From positions 806,001-870,000 of the forward strand of contig OZ025782.1 in NCBI GenBank assembly GCA_964019425.1: 64,000 bases of DNA, read 5' to 3'. The notes beneath the pieces are model-generated. The model saw nothing but the letters and a program-made list of their open reading frames with translations. It was not told the origin of the DNA and searched no databases. Position numbers and translations under genes: made by a program. Below are positions 22,914-36,900 of the stretch, piece by piece. Position 1 is the first letter of the stretch; each line of letters starts with the position of its first letter. The stretch is from Flectonema sp. DT1601. Taxonomy: Eukaryota.

Positions 22914-24750
22914 GTGAAAGGTTCACAAGACAAAAATCAACAAACAATAAAAACTAATCTAAAAATAAATAAATAAAGTAACTGACGTCGCTTTCTATGG
23001 ACCATTCCTGTTTTCTTCATCTCAAAAAAACAACAGACTGTCACCCCTTTGCAGCATCAATCTTGGGTATCTACAACATTCAAGAAAGTCTTAAATGATT
23101 AATTCTTTAATCTTACTAAGAATAGCAGCATCGTCTGCCTTATGAAATAGTTGCTCGACATTAATTGATTATCTGTTTGTTAAAATTGGAGATAATCAAA
23201 TCGAATGGCGCTGCTGCTGTCGGATTAATTGATTTGTTGTTAGGTCTGTGTAAGGATTCATGATTTGTTTTTATTGTATTTATTTCTTGTTAATAGTTGT
23301 CGTCTTCTGTGTGCCTGCGCCCGAGTTGACAACGACAGTCTCTATTTAGCGGCGCTCATTCATTCGCTTCTGAATGTTTCTTGTTGTGCTGCTCCAAAAG
23401 GAATCTCAGCCAGGAGATCTGTTTTTCAGGTTTTGAATTCCCAGTACATCCCGGTAGTCATTTTTTCAAAAAAAAAAAAAAAAAAGAAGAAGAAGTAAAA
23501 GTCCCCTCCTAAAAAGAAACATATAATTAGGTAAAAAAAAAAAGAAAATAAAAAATTCAATTCCCTTAATTGTTTTGCGTTCTTTTATTCTTGATACGTT
23601 CTTCAACTAAATATTCTCTTTTGAGAATTGGTTTGGGTCGTTCTAAAACAGTAGAAGTAAAAATGAACAAAAAAAAAAAAAAAAGAGGAAAAAAAAATAT
23701 GCAAAATTGTAAACTTTACAAATATTATGTAACAACCCGCCTCCCTTTTCCCTCTCCAACCATTTTTTAAAAAAAGTTCTTTTGTGTGATCCACACCCTG
23801 AAGGTGTACTGCGTGTGCGGGTTTGTCTATTTGACTGCAAAGGATGAACAGAAAAGCGTGTTGCAACTCACTTACATGGACATTTTAAAAAAAAGAAATA
23901 AGTGGAAATCTGCTGGCAAACTGCACATCTGTTGACTTCGGCTGCACGCATTGCTGCAAATTTCTCTCTAATTTATATTCTATAGTATGTGCCTCTCTCT
24001 CTTCCCCCCTTTCCACTTGTTGTAACTCGTGTCAGTGTTCTTAACTGTGCAAGACGCGAGCGAAGAGAATCGAAAAGAGAAGGAAAAAAGAACGGGAAAA
24101 AAGTAACAGAAGAAGTGTCTTGAGCCCCCTCCCCTTAGTTTCGGGGAGCGGGAAGCGACTGATGTGTACCAAAGGTTTCGCAAAAAAGTAATGTAGCAGT
24201 AACGCACTCTGTTCAATTTAATTTATTACTTTGTGGCGATGTGCAATATTTTTTACTGTGATTGTGAAGACCCAGGAGGTTTATTTCTCTGATCTATTTT
24301 CTGTTTTTTCGTTGGCTTTGCTGTTGTGCTAATCCTCAGTCTTGTAATCCCTGTGCTGAGCGAGCCGTCCCCCAAATAGAGAACCGTATGGCGATGATCC
24401 TTAATATTATCTTGTTGTACATTGTACCTTGCTCTGACCCTGTTGTACTCTTAGCTTTCCTTATAGCAAAGGGTAAGGGATTGCTTGATCAAATTAGCTA
24501 GCAGACATCTAGGAATTATCTTGATCTTGTCTTGTTGAAAGTGTCATTCTTGTTTCCTTCAATTTTCCTTTCCCTGTCATTAAGGGTGTTATTAGAAATG
24601 CGAAGTAGTTACATTTTATTTTTTCTTCTTTTTTTTTTTAAAGTCCAACGTCTGGGTAAGCAGCAAGTCTTCCTTCTGTTAGTTATCATCATTGTGACAG
24701 TTTGAAGTATCGCAGAGAGGGATCTAATTTCACGTAAAGTCACCACAAGT

Positions 24751-24899
24751 ATGAGTAATGAAAACCTTCTAACGAAAGGGATTCGAGTATGCCTTCTGTC
24801 ATCTGACGTTTGGAAACAACAAAACATTCACAGCAACTGTTCTTTGACCGTTCCCACATCAACGTTGCGGATATGCCCGAGGAAATAGAACTCCCTTAA
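24751..24899 (+). CDS. Candidate spliced small ORF / uORF (33 aa)
   Basis: Exons 24751-24786 and 24834-24899 around a 47-nt gtatg..aaacaacaaaacattcacag intron give MSNENLLTKGIRQLFFDRSHINVADMPEEIELP*. Confidence 0.3.
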
Positions 24900-26132
24900 G
24901 CATATCTGTTCATTTTTGGTCTCAGGAAGTCTTGTGATGTGTTGAATCTTTTTATTTTCTTGTTTCCCTTTTATTTTTTGTACTAAACAAGTTAAAAAAG
25001 AACTTTGGAGCACACAAACCTCCATTACCTTTTCACTGTGCGGTTCGTGCACGAGCAAAACTCTGGTAACGTGTTTCCTAACAGTGAAGAGAAGCAAGCG
25101 GAGAGAACAAGTCGCTGTCGATTCCTTGTTGATACTCAAGTGTTTGCTAATCAAAGAACGTTAGGAATTGTAATCAATCGAACGACTAATCAACGTATTT
25201 ACTGATTCTTGACTGCTCAGAAGGTTACTTTCTGTTTAGTTAGCCGTCCGTTCTTGGAAAAGTGGAAAGAAAGAAGGAAAATTCAGTAAGGGCTTATTCG
25301 TACACACAACAAGGAAAACATCCCAACAAAACCCCTTTCCAGTAGTACACATTCCTAGTAGTAGTTTAGTTTTATGTAGTTTTTGACACTTTTATTTATC
25401 CCTCGTGTCTAGTCTACTCGCTAACCAGATATTCGGTAGCAATTATTTAGGTTTACTTTTCTTTTAATCGATCTCGTTGGTAAAGCCTTCTCTCCATTTG
25501 CTCTTTTCCTTTTCTTACGTAGCTGTACTGTAGTTGTAATAAGTTCTTACATTAGTCTTAAAAGTCTCTTTTCGCTTCTGAGGGACCGTCTGCCATCTCT
25601 GTAGAGAGGAGCTTACTATTAGTTAAAAGAAGAATAACTTTAGGAGCGTAGTTGTGGCATATTTCTTGTGTCTGCTCCCGTTTGGTTTCTTTTATTTTAT
25701 TTTTATTTTTCAATTTTTTGCAAGAGATTTCTTCTTTTCCCCCCCCCTGGTTTGAATCTTTGCTTTCCAATTGTTATTTTTTTTTTGTTTATCGGAGGCG
25801 GGTACCACAAAAACTCCAAATTTTAGGGCAAAGGGCCTGAAAAATGGTAACCCGACAACCCATGCCTGACTCAAGCGATTCCTATTCTCTATGAAATAAA
25901 AATCATGGATGGCAAGTAGCAATGTAAGGATTGATGACGAACCCACCTATAAGATCTTCCCCTTCCCAATCCCCTCTCGGTTGTATTTTATTCTGTGTTG
26001 TGTTTCTAATAGTGTTTTACACTTTAATATTCTAACAGGTTATAGCTTAATGTTGTGCTCCAGGAATGTGTTTCATAAGTACGTATGTGATATGTTATAA
26101 TCTCTTTACTAGGATACGAAAGAATCAAAACA

Positions 26133-28989
26133 ATGCAACCCTCCCAACAAGAGTTGGAGCAGATTGTGAATATATTTAGGGGTGGTGCCAATGCCATGGA
26201 TCAAGCAGCTGTGGCTAAGGTGACAGAGTTTATTCAGCAGCACGTCGCAGACCCGAAATTCAATACCGCGCTTGCTGTGATTGCATCGACTCCAAACTGT
26301 TGTGAGGACTTAGTACGTCAGCATGCGGCATTGACGTTGAAAAACAGCGTCAAATTAGCTTTTGAGAAGGGAATTGAACCAAACCTCGCCTCCATCAAGC
26401 CTATCCTAGTGAAGGCACTAAATGAACAACACCACGGAACTCGTCAGGCTATCGCTTGCTGTGTATCTGATATAGCTAAGACTGGTTCTTACCCAACTCT
26501 CGTGCAGGAACTCTGGCCGGAGTTTGCCCGTTCACAAGACAAGGGTCACCGTGCTGGTATTCTGTTCTGCATTCGTGATATGTGTGAGAACTGTGCTGAT
26601 CAACTTGAACAAGGAGGTATGGAATGTCAGGCAACTATTCTAATTCAAGAATTGATTGGACTTCTCACTTCTTCAAGTGATGGAGAAGAGATTTCATTTG
26701 CTATTCAGGCGCTGTTATCACTTCTTAGTCATCAGAGTGAACATGATATCAGTCCAATTGATCAAAAGTGTAAAGCTTTATTACAACCAATGTGCACAGC
26801 GTTAAAGCGTTGCTGTGAGTTTGCGAAATCTGGTAGCTCTCCTGCACATGCGAAGGTAATGGAAGCCTTGTTGGGATGCTACAGAATGATCTCTCAGCAT
26901 TACTACGCAGAACTGAAGAACTTTAATGAAATGCAACACATTCTTCATGTTATTGTTGAGACTAGTTCTTCAAGTGACCAGGGAGTACTACTTGCTGCTT
27001 GTACTTTCTGGTACGACTTGTCTGTTCAACCAGAAGCAATTCATGATTTCTTCAAAATGGAGGGTCTCATGCCGAGAGTTGTCGAACAACTATTCGCAGG
27101 AATGCAATACAGTGATATGGAAATTTCTCTCATCGAAGAAGATGAAATGAAGGAAAACATTCAACCAAAACATAACTTGAAGAAGGTTGGTAAGAACCAG
27201 AACAGCGAAGACGAAGCAGAAGTTGAGAACTGGACTGTGAGAACCTGCACTGCGAGTATCATTGATCAACTTGCTTTAATTCATCCTGGATTTATTGCTT
27301 TAGTATTACCTCAGATTGAGAAGAGACTCTCAAACCCAAACTGGAAGACTCAGGAAGTTGCTATTCTCGCACTTGGTGCAATCTCATCAGGTTGTTATGA
27401 ACAAGTTCAGCCACTTCTAAAGGGATTGGTTCCGATGTTGTTTCAGCTTCTCCACGCTCCTAATGTTCACTTTTTAGTTCAAACTATTGCGATTTGGGCG
27501 TTAAGCAGATACGATCCGTACTTCTCTTCGAATGAAGAACACTTTAAAAGCTACTTAGATATTTTGTTATGCAACGTGTCTGCTGCAAAACGTAAGGTTC
27601 AGGAGTCGGCGATCAGTGCGTTTGATTCTTTGATGGATCAAGAAGCCAGACTTAATTACGATGATGGTGGTTTCTTAACTAGAAACCCACAAGTAGCTAA
27701 CCAAGTCATGTCCCGTCTTAGGGATTGCCTCAGTAAAAACTACACTACTAAGAACATGACAAGTTTACTGAACGCTGTTACTCACACGGTGAGTGCTTTT
27801 CCAATAAATACCCCGCAGGGAATGGAGTTTGTTCGTCCTATTATGGAACTTCTTCCTCGAACACCCGACACTGAAGTGTGCATTCTGCCTTCGTTAATGA
27901 ACTGCATTGGAAATATTGTTTATAATTTATCTGGAGAACCAGAACTCGTTACTCCATTCTACCAAAGATGCCTTCACATATTAGGAAAGTACATGCAACA
28001 GCAATTCCAATATAAGGGAGAGGTACCAGACCAGCTCGACATGGGACAGAATCCAATTATGGCGATTTATTGTGTTAGTGATCTGTGTACGTATGTTCAA
28101 AGTATGGAACAACTTCTTCACCAGAAGTACCTCGAGTTCTCATTCTTAGATCTTATCGTTATGCCGTTACAGCAGCCAGACTTTGTTGATGGTGAGGTTT
28201 ACTTGAAGGCTATTTCATTTATTGGTGAACATCTTGCTATTTACCCAGAATTGTTTATGAAGTCTGTACAGCAAGTTGATAATATTCTAAAGTACTGTGA
28301 CACTGTTTCATGCTACAAAACTTGTGGTGATTGCTGTTGGTTTGCAGGTGTTCTTTCTATCACAGCCCCTGGAAAGATGGACGCTGGTGATGTTACAAAG
28401 ATGGTCGGAGTCTTTGCTAACAAAATCATCCCAATTCTTGTTGAGCACGGAATTGCCAAAGCAAACGCTGACAACGTCGCTGCCCAAGCGGCTCTCGCTG
28501 TTGGTAAGTTCGGTGCTGTTGCCCCAGACCTCCTCGCAACTCAACTTCCAAGTTTCTACCCGATGTTAGTCAGCCACTTGATTGGAGTATGTTTTGTTAT
28601 TTTATTATTTTAGAAGTTATTATTATTATTACTGATTACTTTAAAAATCCTACAAACAGATTCAAACTGGAATGGAGAAGACTCAGGCTGTAGTGGGTGT
28701 CATGCATTTAATTAAAAAGAATGGCGGAGTGTTTAGCGACAGCAACAACATTGTTATGTTAGGAAAGCTAATGAACAGCTGTCCACTTGTTGAACAAGAG
28801 ATGGAATTACTTACGGTATGGAATTATATTTAGGTTAAAAGATTCCCAGGAAACGGGAAAAAACAACAACAAAAAAAACAGGAGTTTACCCATGTTCTCA
28901 CTATGCTCAAGCAGCTCGCTGGTGCACAATGGGCTAGTGTCGCGCAGACTGTTGCCTTCCCTCCTCAGATTCTGGCGAGGATTCAGTAG
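26133..28989 (+). CDS. TNPO1: Transportin (importin beta-2 family), 905 aa, 3 exons
   Basis: IBN_N-like RQHAALTLKN, HEAT repeats, acidic loop followed by NWTVRTCTASIIDQLA, WKTQEVAILALGAISSGC, KRKVQESAISAF. Exons 26133-28586, 28660-28815, 28882-28989 end ..LKQLAGAQW..FPPQILARIQ*. Confidence 0.88.
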
Positions 28990-30977
28990 GTTGCTGTGAT
29001 CGTACTCTGACTGTGTCGAAGAGTTCATTAGTCTGCTTCACAAAGTACTCAATCGATTGTGCGAATAGCTGTTGGCGTTTAGTTAGCATGTAGGAGTGGG
29101 AATGGTGTTCACCCTTCCAACTATTTTTTAAAATTAACAATTTCTTTTCTCCTTACCTCTGTTGTACGTTACTGGTTGTGAGTGAGCATCTTTGAATTGA
29201 CATCAGGTAGTCTTGTTGTTGAATTCTATTATTTTTTCCCGAGTCTTTTTGATTCCTTTGGAAAAAACTTTCGGTTTTCGCTAAGAAACCGTAAGGGGGG
29301 GTACACACTCGGAGTCAATTCAATGGCGGACTGGAGCCTGAAGCTTGTGCGGTTAAAAAAAGTAACTTTTTTTAAATTTTTTATTTTATTTTATTTGTTA
29401 TCAGCTCCTTCAATCAGTTTTTACTTTTGATTAGACATCTCTTTTTTCTCAACTTTGTTAGTGTGACGTGGTGCGTCCTCCCCTCAGCCCAGTTTTTCTT
29501 GATCTCAAAAACCCCCTTTTTTTAAGAAGTGTGGCGCCACTTTTTATTCAAATTTCTTAATCTATTGTTGGGGCTGGATGGTCTTTGTGTGTGTATTTTA
29601 TATTATTTATTCATTTATTTACTTTTTTTTTTTTTTTTTTGTGGCATTGATGCTCACGGCAAGACTGATACCTACAAACTGAAATGTATAACAAAGTGTT
29701 GTTCCTTTTCGAAGTTGACTTCTTATGATCGTCGGAGAAAACAGCTGAGTAATTTTCTTGGTTCTTTGATTGAAGTAGAAGCGAAGAGCTTTTCTTCTTC
29801 GTCCTTAGACCTGCTTTTTTAATTGTGTCTCTTTGGTTTCTTTTTTATTTTTTTTTAAATTTTCTTTTCTCCCCGTTTTAGTTTTTTTTTGAAACGCCAA
29901 TATGGGTTTTTTTTTTTTTTTTTTAGTTGCCACTTTTTTTTTGCATTCAAAAAAAAAAAAAAAAAAAGAGAGAAGAAGTAGAATGGAAAAAAAAAAAAAA
30001 AAAAAAAAGTAAAGTAAAGTAAAGTCACAAGAGTTCCACTGAAGACTGAAAGCAGCACAGGGCCTTATATTACCATCTAATTCTCAGCTTAGCACTATAT
30101 TTTCTCTCTTAGCAAGCTCTTCCTAAATACCAAATGAAATCCACACAATAAGAGAAGATAATTGTAATTTTTTTTTCTTTTTTAATTTTTTATAAAATTT
30201 TTATTTAATTAAAAATTCAAAAAAACAAAAAGGCAAAAAAAGAGAACAAATGACAGACGACTGAAGAGAACAAATTGAAAGAAGATGCAGGTTTCTATTT
30301 CAAAGAAAAATAAAATAACTACACCTGTTTTAAAAAAACAAAATGATTGATGATCTGGAAGAGAACAAAAAACCGAAAGAAGATAACTGCAGTAGTGTTT
30401 TCATAGAGGTATTAAAAATACCAGTTGAAACCCCTCATCAAAAATTACTTATTCTCCCTACGATTGATCATCACGTTGCTTATTTATTTATTAAATTACA
30501 TTACCATCCTTCTTTACTCGAAATGGATGATTTTTTTAAAAAAAAAAATTTCCCCTCTTCCTTTTACCCCCCTTTAATAAAACTACAAGTAACGACATAA
30601 AACTTTCTGCAGTAAAAATCTTATACACAACGTTGTTCAGCATAATATGAATTAATAATCAGCAGTCACAGAAGAGATGCAAAAAAAGTGATTTTAATTT
30701 TCATTTTTCATCCTGTACACCTTCATGATGATTTGTACGAATATAACGTGTTCTCCTTTTTAACTTATCGACGAAAATAACAAACAGCCAGCCGCCTTCT
30801 ATTAGAATCTTTGAAATAATATAATCCTCAGAGTGTCTGCTTTGGATATTGTTATTAGTTTCCTTCTGTTCAGTTCATATGTGAGGGAGTCGTAGTCTGG
30901 TGGGTTATTCTTTTCTTAGGTTTTGAGATTTTGAGAGAGAAGAGGGAAATTATTTACGTTCAGTCAGTTTGGAAAAG

Positions 30978-33900
30978 ATGTCTGAAGGTGACTCGCCGTT
31001 ATTCTGGGGAAGGCAGTCGACAGAAACTTTTCGAGAGCAGTTACTTAGAATGGGAAGTGACGTAATGAAATCAGAGCTGTTGCCGTCTCCTTCAGAATCG
31101 ACAGCATCATCATCTGACGCAGAGCACTTTGATCCAAATTTTAAAATAGTCTTACAACAGGCGTTTAATGAAGATAGACTTTTATTTTCACAATTTCCAG
31201 TAGAAACTCAGATCAACGTCCTCGTTCAAATAAGCGTCACCGATCAGCAACAAATGATCTCCGCTATTGCTTGCAACTCTCTAGTCAGTACTTTGAAATC
31301 AAGAGGTCCATATTGGTATACAGATGACCATGTGTTAGCAGTTATTAAACATCTTCAACTACCTTCTGATTTAGAAGCTCTGCTCTTGTCTGTTGGATGG
31401 TTATATCCAGAGTTGTTTGCTTCTACTAAATTCAACCAACTCGTATCCGCATTGCAAGACATTGGAATCAAATCTGCTTCGGCATTACTGACGTCTATCG
31501 TCAAAAAAGAAAAGTTGGAGTCATTCGGAACCGAACTCATCAGCCCTACTCTACGACAGCAGATTACTAGTTTCGCTAACACTGGTAAGGTACATTTACC
31601 AACTGCTGTTGATGTCTCTTCTAAAACGTGTGATGCCAAACTTCGAAAGATCCTCTCCGCCGCTTCTTCCAACACCGAACTGTTCAAATCTTTTCCTTTT
31701 AATGTTCAGCTGAAAACCCTTCCAAAGATTTCCATCGAGACACTCTCTGACTTCATTAAGGCATTAGTTAGTGGAACTCTGACAGGAGATCTAAAGCATC
31801 AAGGTCCGTATTGGTATTCAAATGATCAACTACTCGCTGTAATCAGAGAAGCTTATCCAGACACATCAGATATTAGAAGGTCACTACTGAGTGTTGGGTG
31901 TGAGATGAAGTCACTATTCGCTGTGAGATCTTTGGGTGAAATAATTAGCATCTTGCGTAGTGCTGGTGTTGACACTTCACACAAACTTCTGACAGCACTC
32001 AATGATGGAATTGTTGTAAATGAGAAGCCTCTTTTTAGGAAAATCATTGCTAACAAGTTGCGTGACTTTCTAGAAATAGAATTAGAGGTCACTATTCCAC
32101 AAGTACAGCTACCAACTAGAGAGCGACCAGCTGGAGGGGGAACTCAAATACCCATCCAGAACATGTCATCAACAACTTCATCTGTTGCTGCTCCACTCTC
32201 CGCCATTCTCTCCGCCGCTTCTTCCAACACCAAACTGTTCAAATCCTTTCCTTTTAATGTTCAGCTGAAAACCCTTCCAAAGATATCCATCGAGACACTC
32301 TCTGACTTCATTAAGGCATTAGTTAGTGGAACTCTGATAGGAGATCTAAAGCATCAAGGTCCGTATTGGTATTCAAATGATCAACTACTCGCTGTAATCA
32401 GAGAAGCTTATCCAGACACATCAGATATTAGAAGGTCACTACTGAGTGTTGGGTGTGAGATGAAGTCGATATTCTCAACGAGGAATTTGGGAGAGTTGGT
32501 TAGTGCGATAAGAGGTACTGGACTCAACTCAGCTGATGACTTGAGGAAGGCTTTGAAGAAGGGAACGATTGAAGTGGATGGGAAGCCACTATTTAGGAAG
32601 CTGATCGCAACGAAGCTCTCCGAATTCCTTGAGGCAGACATTTCAGAACATAACTCAGCACCAAAGAAGAGTGAAGCTTCTGGACACTCTGTGGAATCAC
32701 TTACTACTCAGTCAGCATCACCTCTTTCTAAGGAGCCTCCCGCATCTGAAGTTTCTAAACCAAAACTGGAATTGGAAACACAGTCGCAGTCCTCCACAAC
32801 TGAACCCGTGAAGCCTGTAGCAGCAGCACTCTCTGCCATTCTCTCCGCCGCTTCTTCCAAGACCGAACTGTTCAAATCCTTTCCTTTTAATGTTCAGCTG
32901 AAAACCCTTCCAAAGATATCCATCGAGACACTCTCTGACTTCATTAAGGCATTAGTTAGTGGAACTCTGATAGGAGATCTAAAGCATCAAGGTCCGTATT
33001 GGTATTCAAATGCTCAACTACTCGCTGTAATCAGGGAAGCTTATCCAGACACATCAGATATTAGAAGGTCACTACTGAGTGTTGGGTGTGAGATGAAGTC
33101 GATATTCTCAACGAGGAATTTGGGAGAGTTGGTTAGTGCGATAAGAGGTACTGGACTCAACTCAGCTGATGACTTGAGGAAGGCTTTGAAGAAGGGAACG
33201 ATTGAAGTGGATGGGAAGCCACTATTTAGGAAGCTGATCGTAACGAAGCTCTCCGAATTCCTTGAGGCAGACATTTCAGAACATAACTCAGCACCAAAGA
33301 AGAGTGAAGCCTCTGGACACTCTGTGGAATCACTTACTACTCCTGTCAGGGGAACAGAGAAATTCGTTTCTGATCTGCTCACCTCCGTCCTCGAGAAGTC
33401 AGCATCACCTCTTTCTAAGGAACGTCCCGCATCTGAAGTTTCTAACCCAAAACGGGAATTGGAAACACAGTCGCAGTCCTCCACAACTGAACCCGTGAAG
33501 CCTGTAGCAGCAGCACTCTCCGCCATTCTCTCTGCCGCTTCTTCCAACACCGAACTGTTCAAATCCTTTCCTCTTAATGTTCAGCTGAAAACCCTTCCAA
33601 AGATATCCATCGAGACACTCTCTGACTTCATTAAGGCATTAGTTAGTGGAACTCTGATAGGAGATCTAAAGCATCAAGGTCCGTATTGGTATTCGAATGA
33701 GCAGCTGCTGGCGATAATGAGAATCTCGTTTCCAGACAAATTGGACCTTCGGAGAAGTCTGTTGTGTGTTGGGTGTGAGATGAAATCAATATTCTCAGGT
33801 AAGAGTTTGGGAGAGTTGATTAGCACATTGAAGGGTATCGGTATCAGTACAGCTGAAGAACTAAGACGTGAATTGAATAAAAAAAATGTTGAAGTGAATG

Positions 33901-36900
33901 GAAAACAATTATTTAGAAAACTTATTACAACAAAACTACTGCAGTTCTTTCAATCAGACGGATTGAACAGCAGAAGTAGCGCATCTGAACTTAAGAAAAG
34001 ACTGCAGCCTCTTATAACTTCGAGTAATACTTTGATTATGTCACCAAACTTGTCTTCAATCATATCAGAAGTGGCGTTATCTGATGAACGTCTTTTTGCA
34101 ACTTTTCCATCAGAAATACAGCTTCAGACTCTTCCAAAAGTAAACATAAATTCAGTTGATGATTTCCTGTTTTCCGTCATGACTGGAACACTTATTAGTA
34201 AGATGAATCAAGTGAGTACATATCAATACACAGATGAGCAAGTATTATGTTTAATACAGAGAATATTTCCTATTCAAGATCTTCGTAGGTCACTCTTATG
34301 TGTCGGTCATGTGGAAAGAAGTCTTTTTGAAAATAGTTATTCACTTTCAGAGTATTTAAAACTTCTTAGAGCTGTTGGTATATCAAAGAATGTTCATCTT
34401 TTAAGAGAATTACATCTTAAAGGGTCTCCAGAAGTAAATGGGAAGCCTCTTTTCAATGAGCAGTTGGCTTCAAAACTAACTAAATTCTTAGAATCTGATT
34501 TACCTCAATATCTGTTGGACGCTGCGGCTTCTGAGGAATGTAAATCCCCATTGCCAATGACTCCTTCTAGTTTGAAAAGGAAATCTTTTCCCTCTTCAAA
34601 AGTTACGAAGTTTTCCTCAGAACCAACAGATGTGTTGATGTTAACTCCACCTGAACCTCCAAATCTTAGTTTCTTGAAGTCTGAAAGCTCTGAAACAGAT
34701 GTATCATCTTCACTTGTCGAGTTGAGTCTAAAGAATTCTTCTCAATCGGTTTCTACAATTCCAACAAGTACTACCGAGAAGACTGTAGCAGCTGCACTAT
34801 CCGGCATTCTCTCCGCCGCTTCTTCCAACACCGAACTGTTCAAATCCTTTCCTTTTAATGTTCAGCTGAAAACCCTTCCAAAGATATCCATCGAGACACT
34901 CTCTGACTTCATTAAGGCATTAGTTAGTGGAACTCTGATAGGAGATCTAAAGCATCAAGGTCCGTATTGGTATTCAAATGATCAACTACTCGCTGTAATC
35001 AGAGAAGCTTATCCAGACACATCAGATATTAGAAGGTCACTACTGAGTGTTGGGTGTGAGATGAAGTCGATATTCTCAACGAGGAATTTGGGAGAGTTGG
35101 TTAGTGCGATAAGAGGTACTGGACACAACTCAGCTGATGACTTGAGGAAGGCTTTGAAGAAGGGAACTATTGAAGTGGATGGGAAGCCACTATTTAGGAA
35201 GCTGATCGTAACGAAGCTCTCCGAATTCCTTGAGGCAGACATTTCAGAACATAACTCAGCACCAAAGAAGAGTGAAGCTTCTGGACACTCTGTGGAATCA
35301 CTTACTACTCAGTCAGCATCACCTCTTTCTAAGGAACCTCCCGCGTCTGAAGTTTCTAAACCAAAACGGGAATTGGAAACACAGTCGCAGTCCTCCACAA
35401 CTGAACCTGTGAAGCCTGTAGCAGCAGCACTCTCTGCCATTCTCTCTGCCGCTTCTTCCAACACTGAACTGTTCAAATCTTTTCCTCTTAATGTTCAGCT
35501 GAAAACCCTTCCAAAGATATCCATCGAGACACTCTCTGACTTCATTAAGGCATTAGTTAGTGGAACTCTGATAGGAGATCTAAAGCATCAAGGTCCGTAT
35601 TGGTATTCAAATGATCAACTACTCGCTGTAATCAGAGAAGCTTATCCAGACACATCAGATATTAGAAGGTCACTACTGAGTGTTGGGTGTGAGATGAAGT
35701 CGATATTCTCAACGAGGAATTTGGGAGAGTTGGTTAGTGCGATAAGAGGTACTGGACTCAACTCAGCTGATGACTTGAGGAAGGCTTTGAAGAAGGGAAC
35801 GATTGAAGTGGATGGGAAGCCACTATTTAGGAAGCTGATCGTAACGAAGCTCTCCGAATTCCTTGAGGCAGACATTTCAGAACATAACTCAGCACTAAAG
35901 AAGAGTGAAGCTTCTGGACACTCTGTGGAATCACTTACTACTCAGTCAGCATCACCTCTTCCTCTTACTCCAGTCAGGGGAACAGAGAAATTCGTTTCTG
36001 ATCTGCTCACCTCCGTCCTCGAGAAGTCAGCATCACCTCTTTCTAAGGAGCCTCCCGCATCTGAAGTTTCTAAACCAAAACTGGAATTGGAAACACAGTC
36101 GCAGTCCTCCACAACTGAACCCGTGAAGCCTGTAGCAGCAGCACTCTCCGCCATTCTCTCTGCCGCTTCTTCCAACACCGAACTGTTCAAATCTTTTCCT
36201 CTTAATGTTCAGCTGAAAACCCTTCCAAAGATATCCATCGAGACACTCTCTGACTTCATTAAGGCATTAGTTAGTGGAACTCTGATAGGAGATCTAAAGC
36301 ATCAAGGTCCGTATTGGTATTCGAATGATCAACTACTCGCTGTAATCAGAGAAGCTTATCCAGACACATCAGATATTAGAAGGTCACTACTGAGTGTTGG
36401 GTGTGAGATGAAGTCGATATTCTCAACGAGAAATTTGGGAGAGTTGGTTAGTGCGATAAGAGGTACTGGACTCAACTCAGCTGATGACTTGAGGAAGGCT
36501 TTGAAGAAGGGAACGATTGAAGTGGATGGGAAGCCACTATTTAGGAAGCTGATCGTAACGAAGCTCTCCGAATTCCTTGAGGCAGACATTTCAGAACATA
36601 ACTCAGCACCAAAGAAGAGTGAAGCTTCTGGACACTCTGTGGAATCGCTTACTACTCCTGTCAGGGGAACAGAGAAATTCGTTGCTGATCTGCTCACCTC
36701 CGTCCTCGAGAAGTCAGCATCACCTCTTTCTAAGGAACCTCCCGCATCTGAAGTTTCTAAACCAAAACGGGAATTGGAAACACAGTCGCAGTCCTCCGCA
36801 ACTGAACCCGTGAAGCCTGTAGCAGCAGCACTCTCTGCCATTCTCTCCGCCGCTTCTTCCAACACCGAACTGTTCAAATCCTTTCCTTTTAATGTTCAGC

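Noticed and set aside
23735..25803. 10-bp inverted pair acccgcctcc / ggaggcgggt as element termini
   Set aside because: Too short to exceed chance over this span; no target-site duplication or coding capacity seen.
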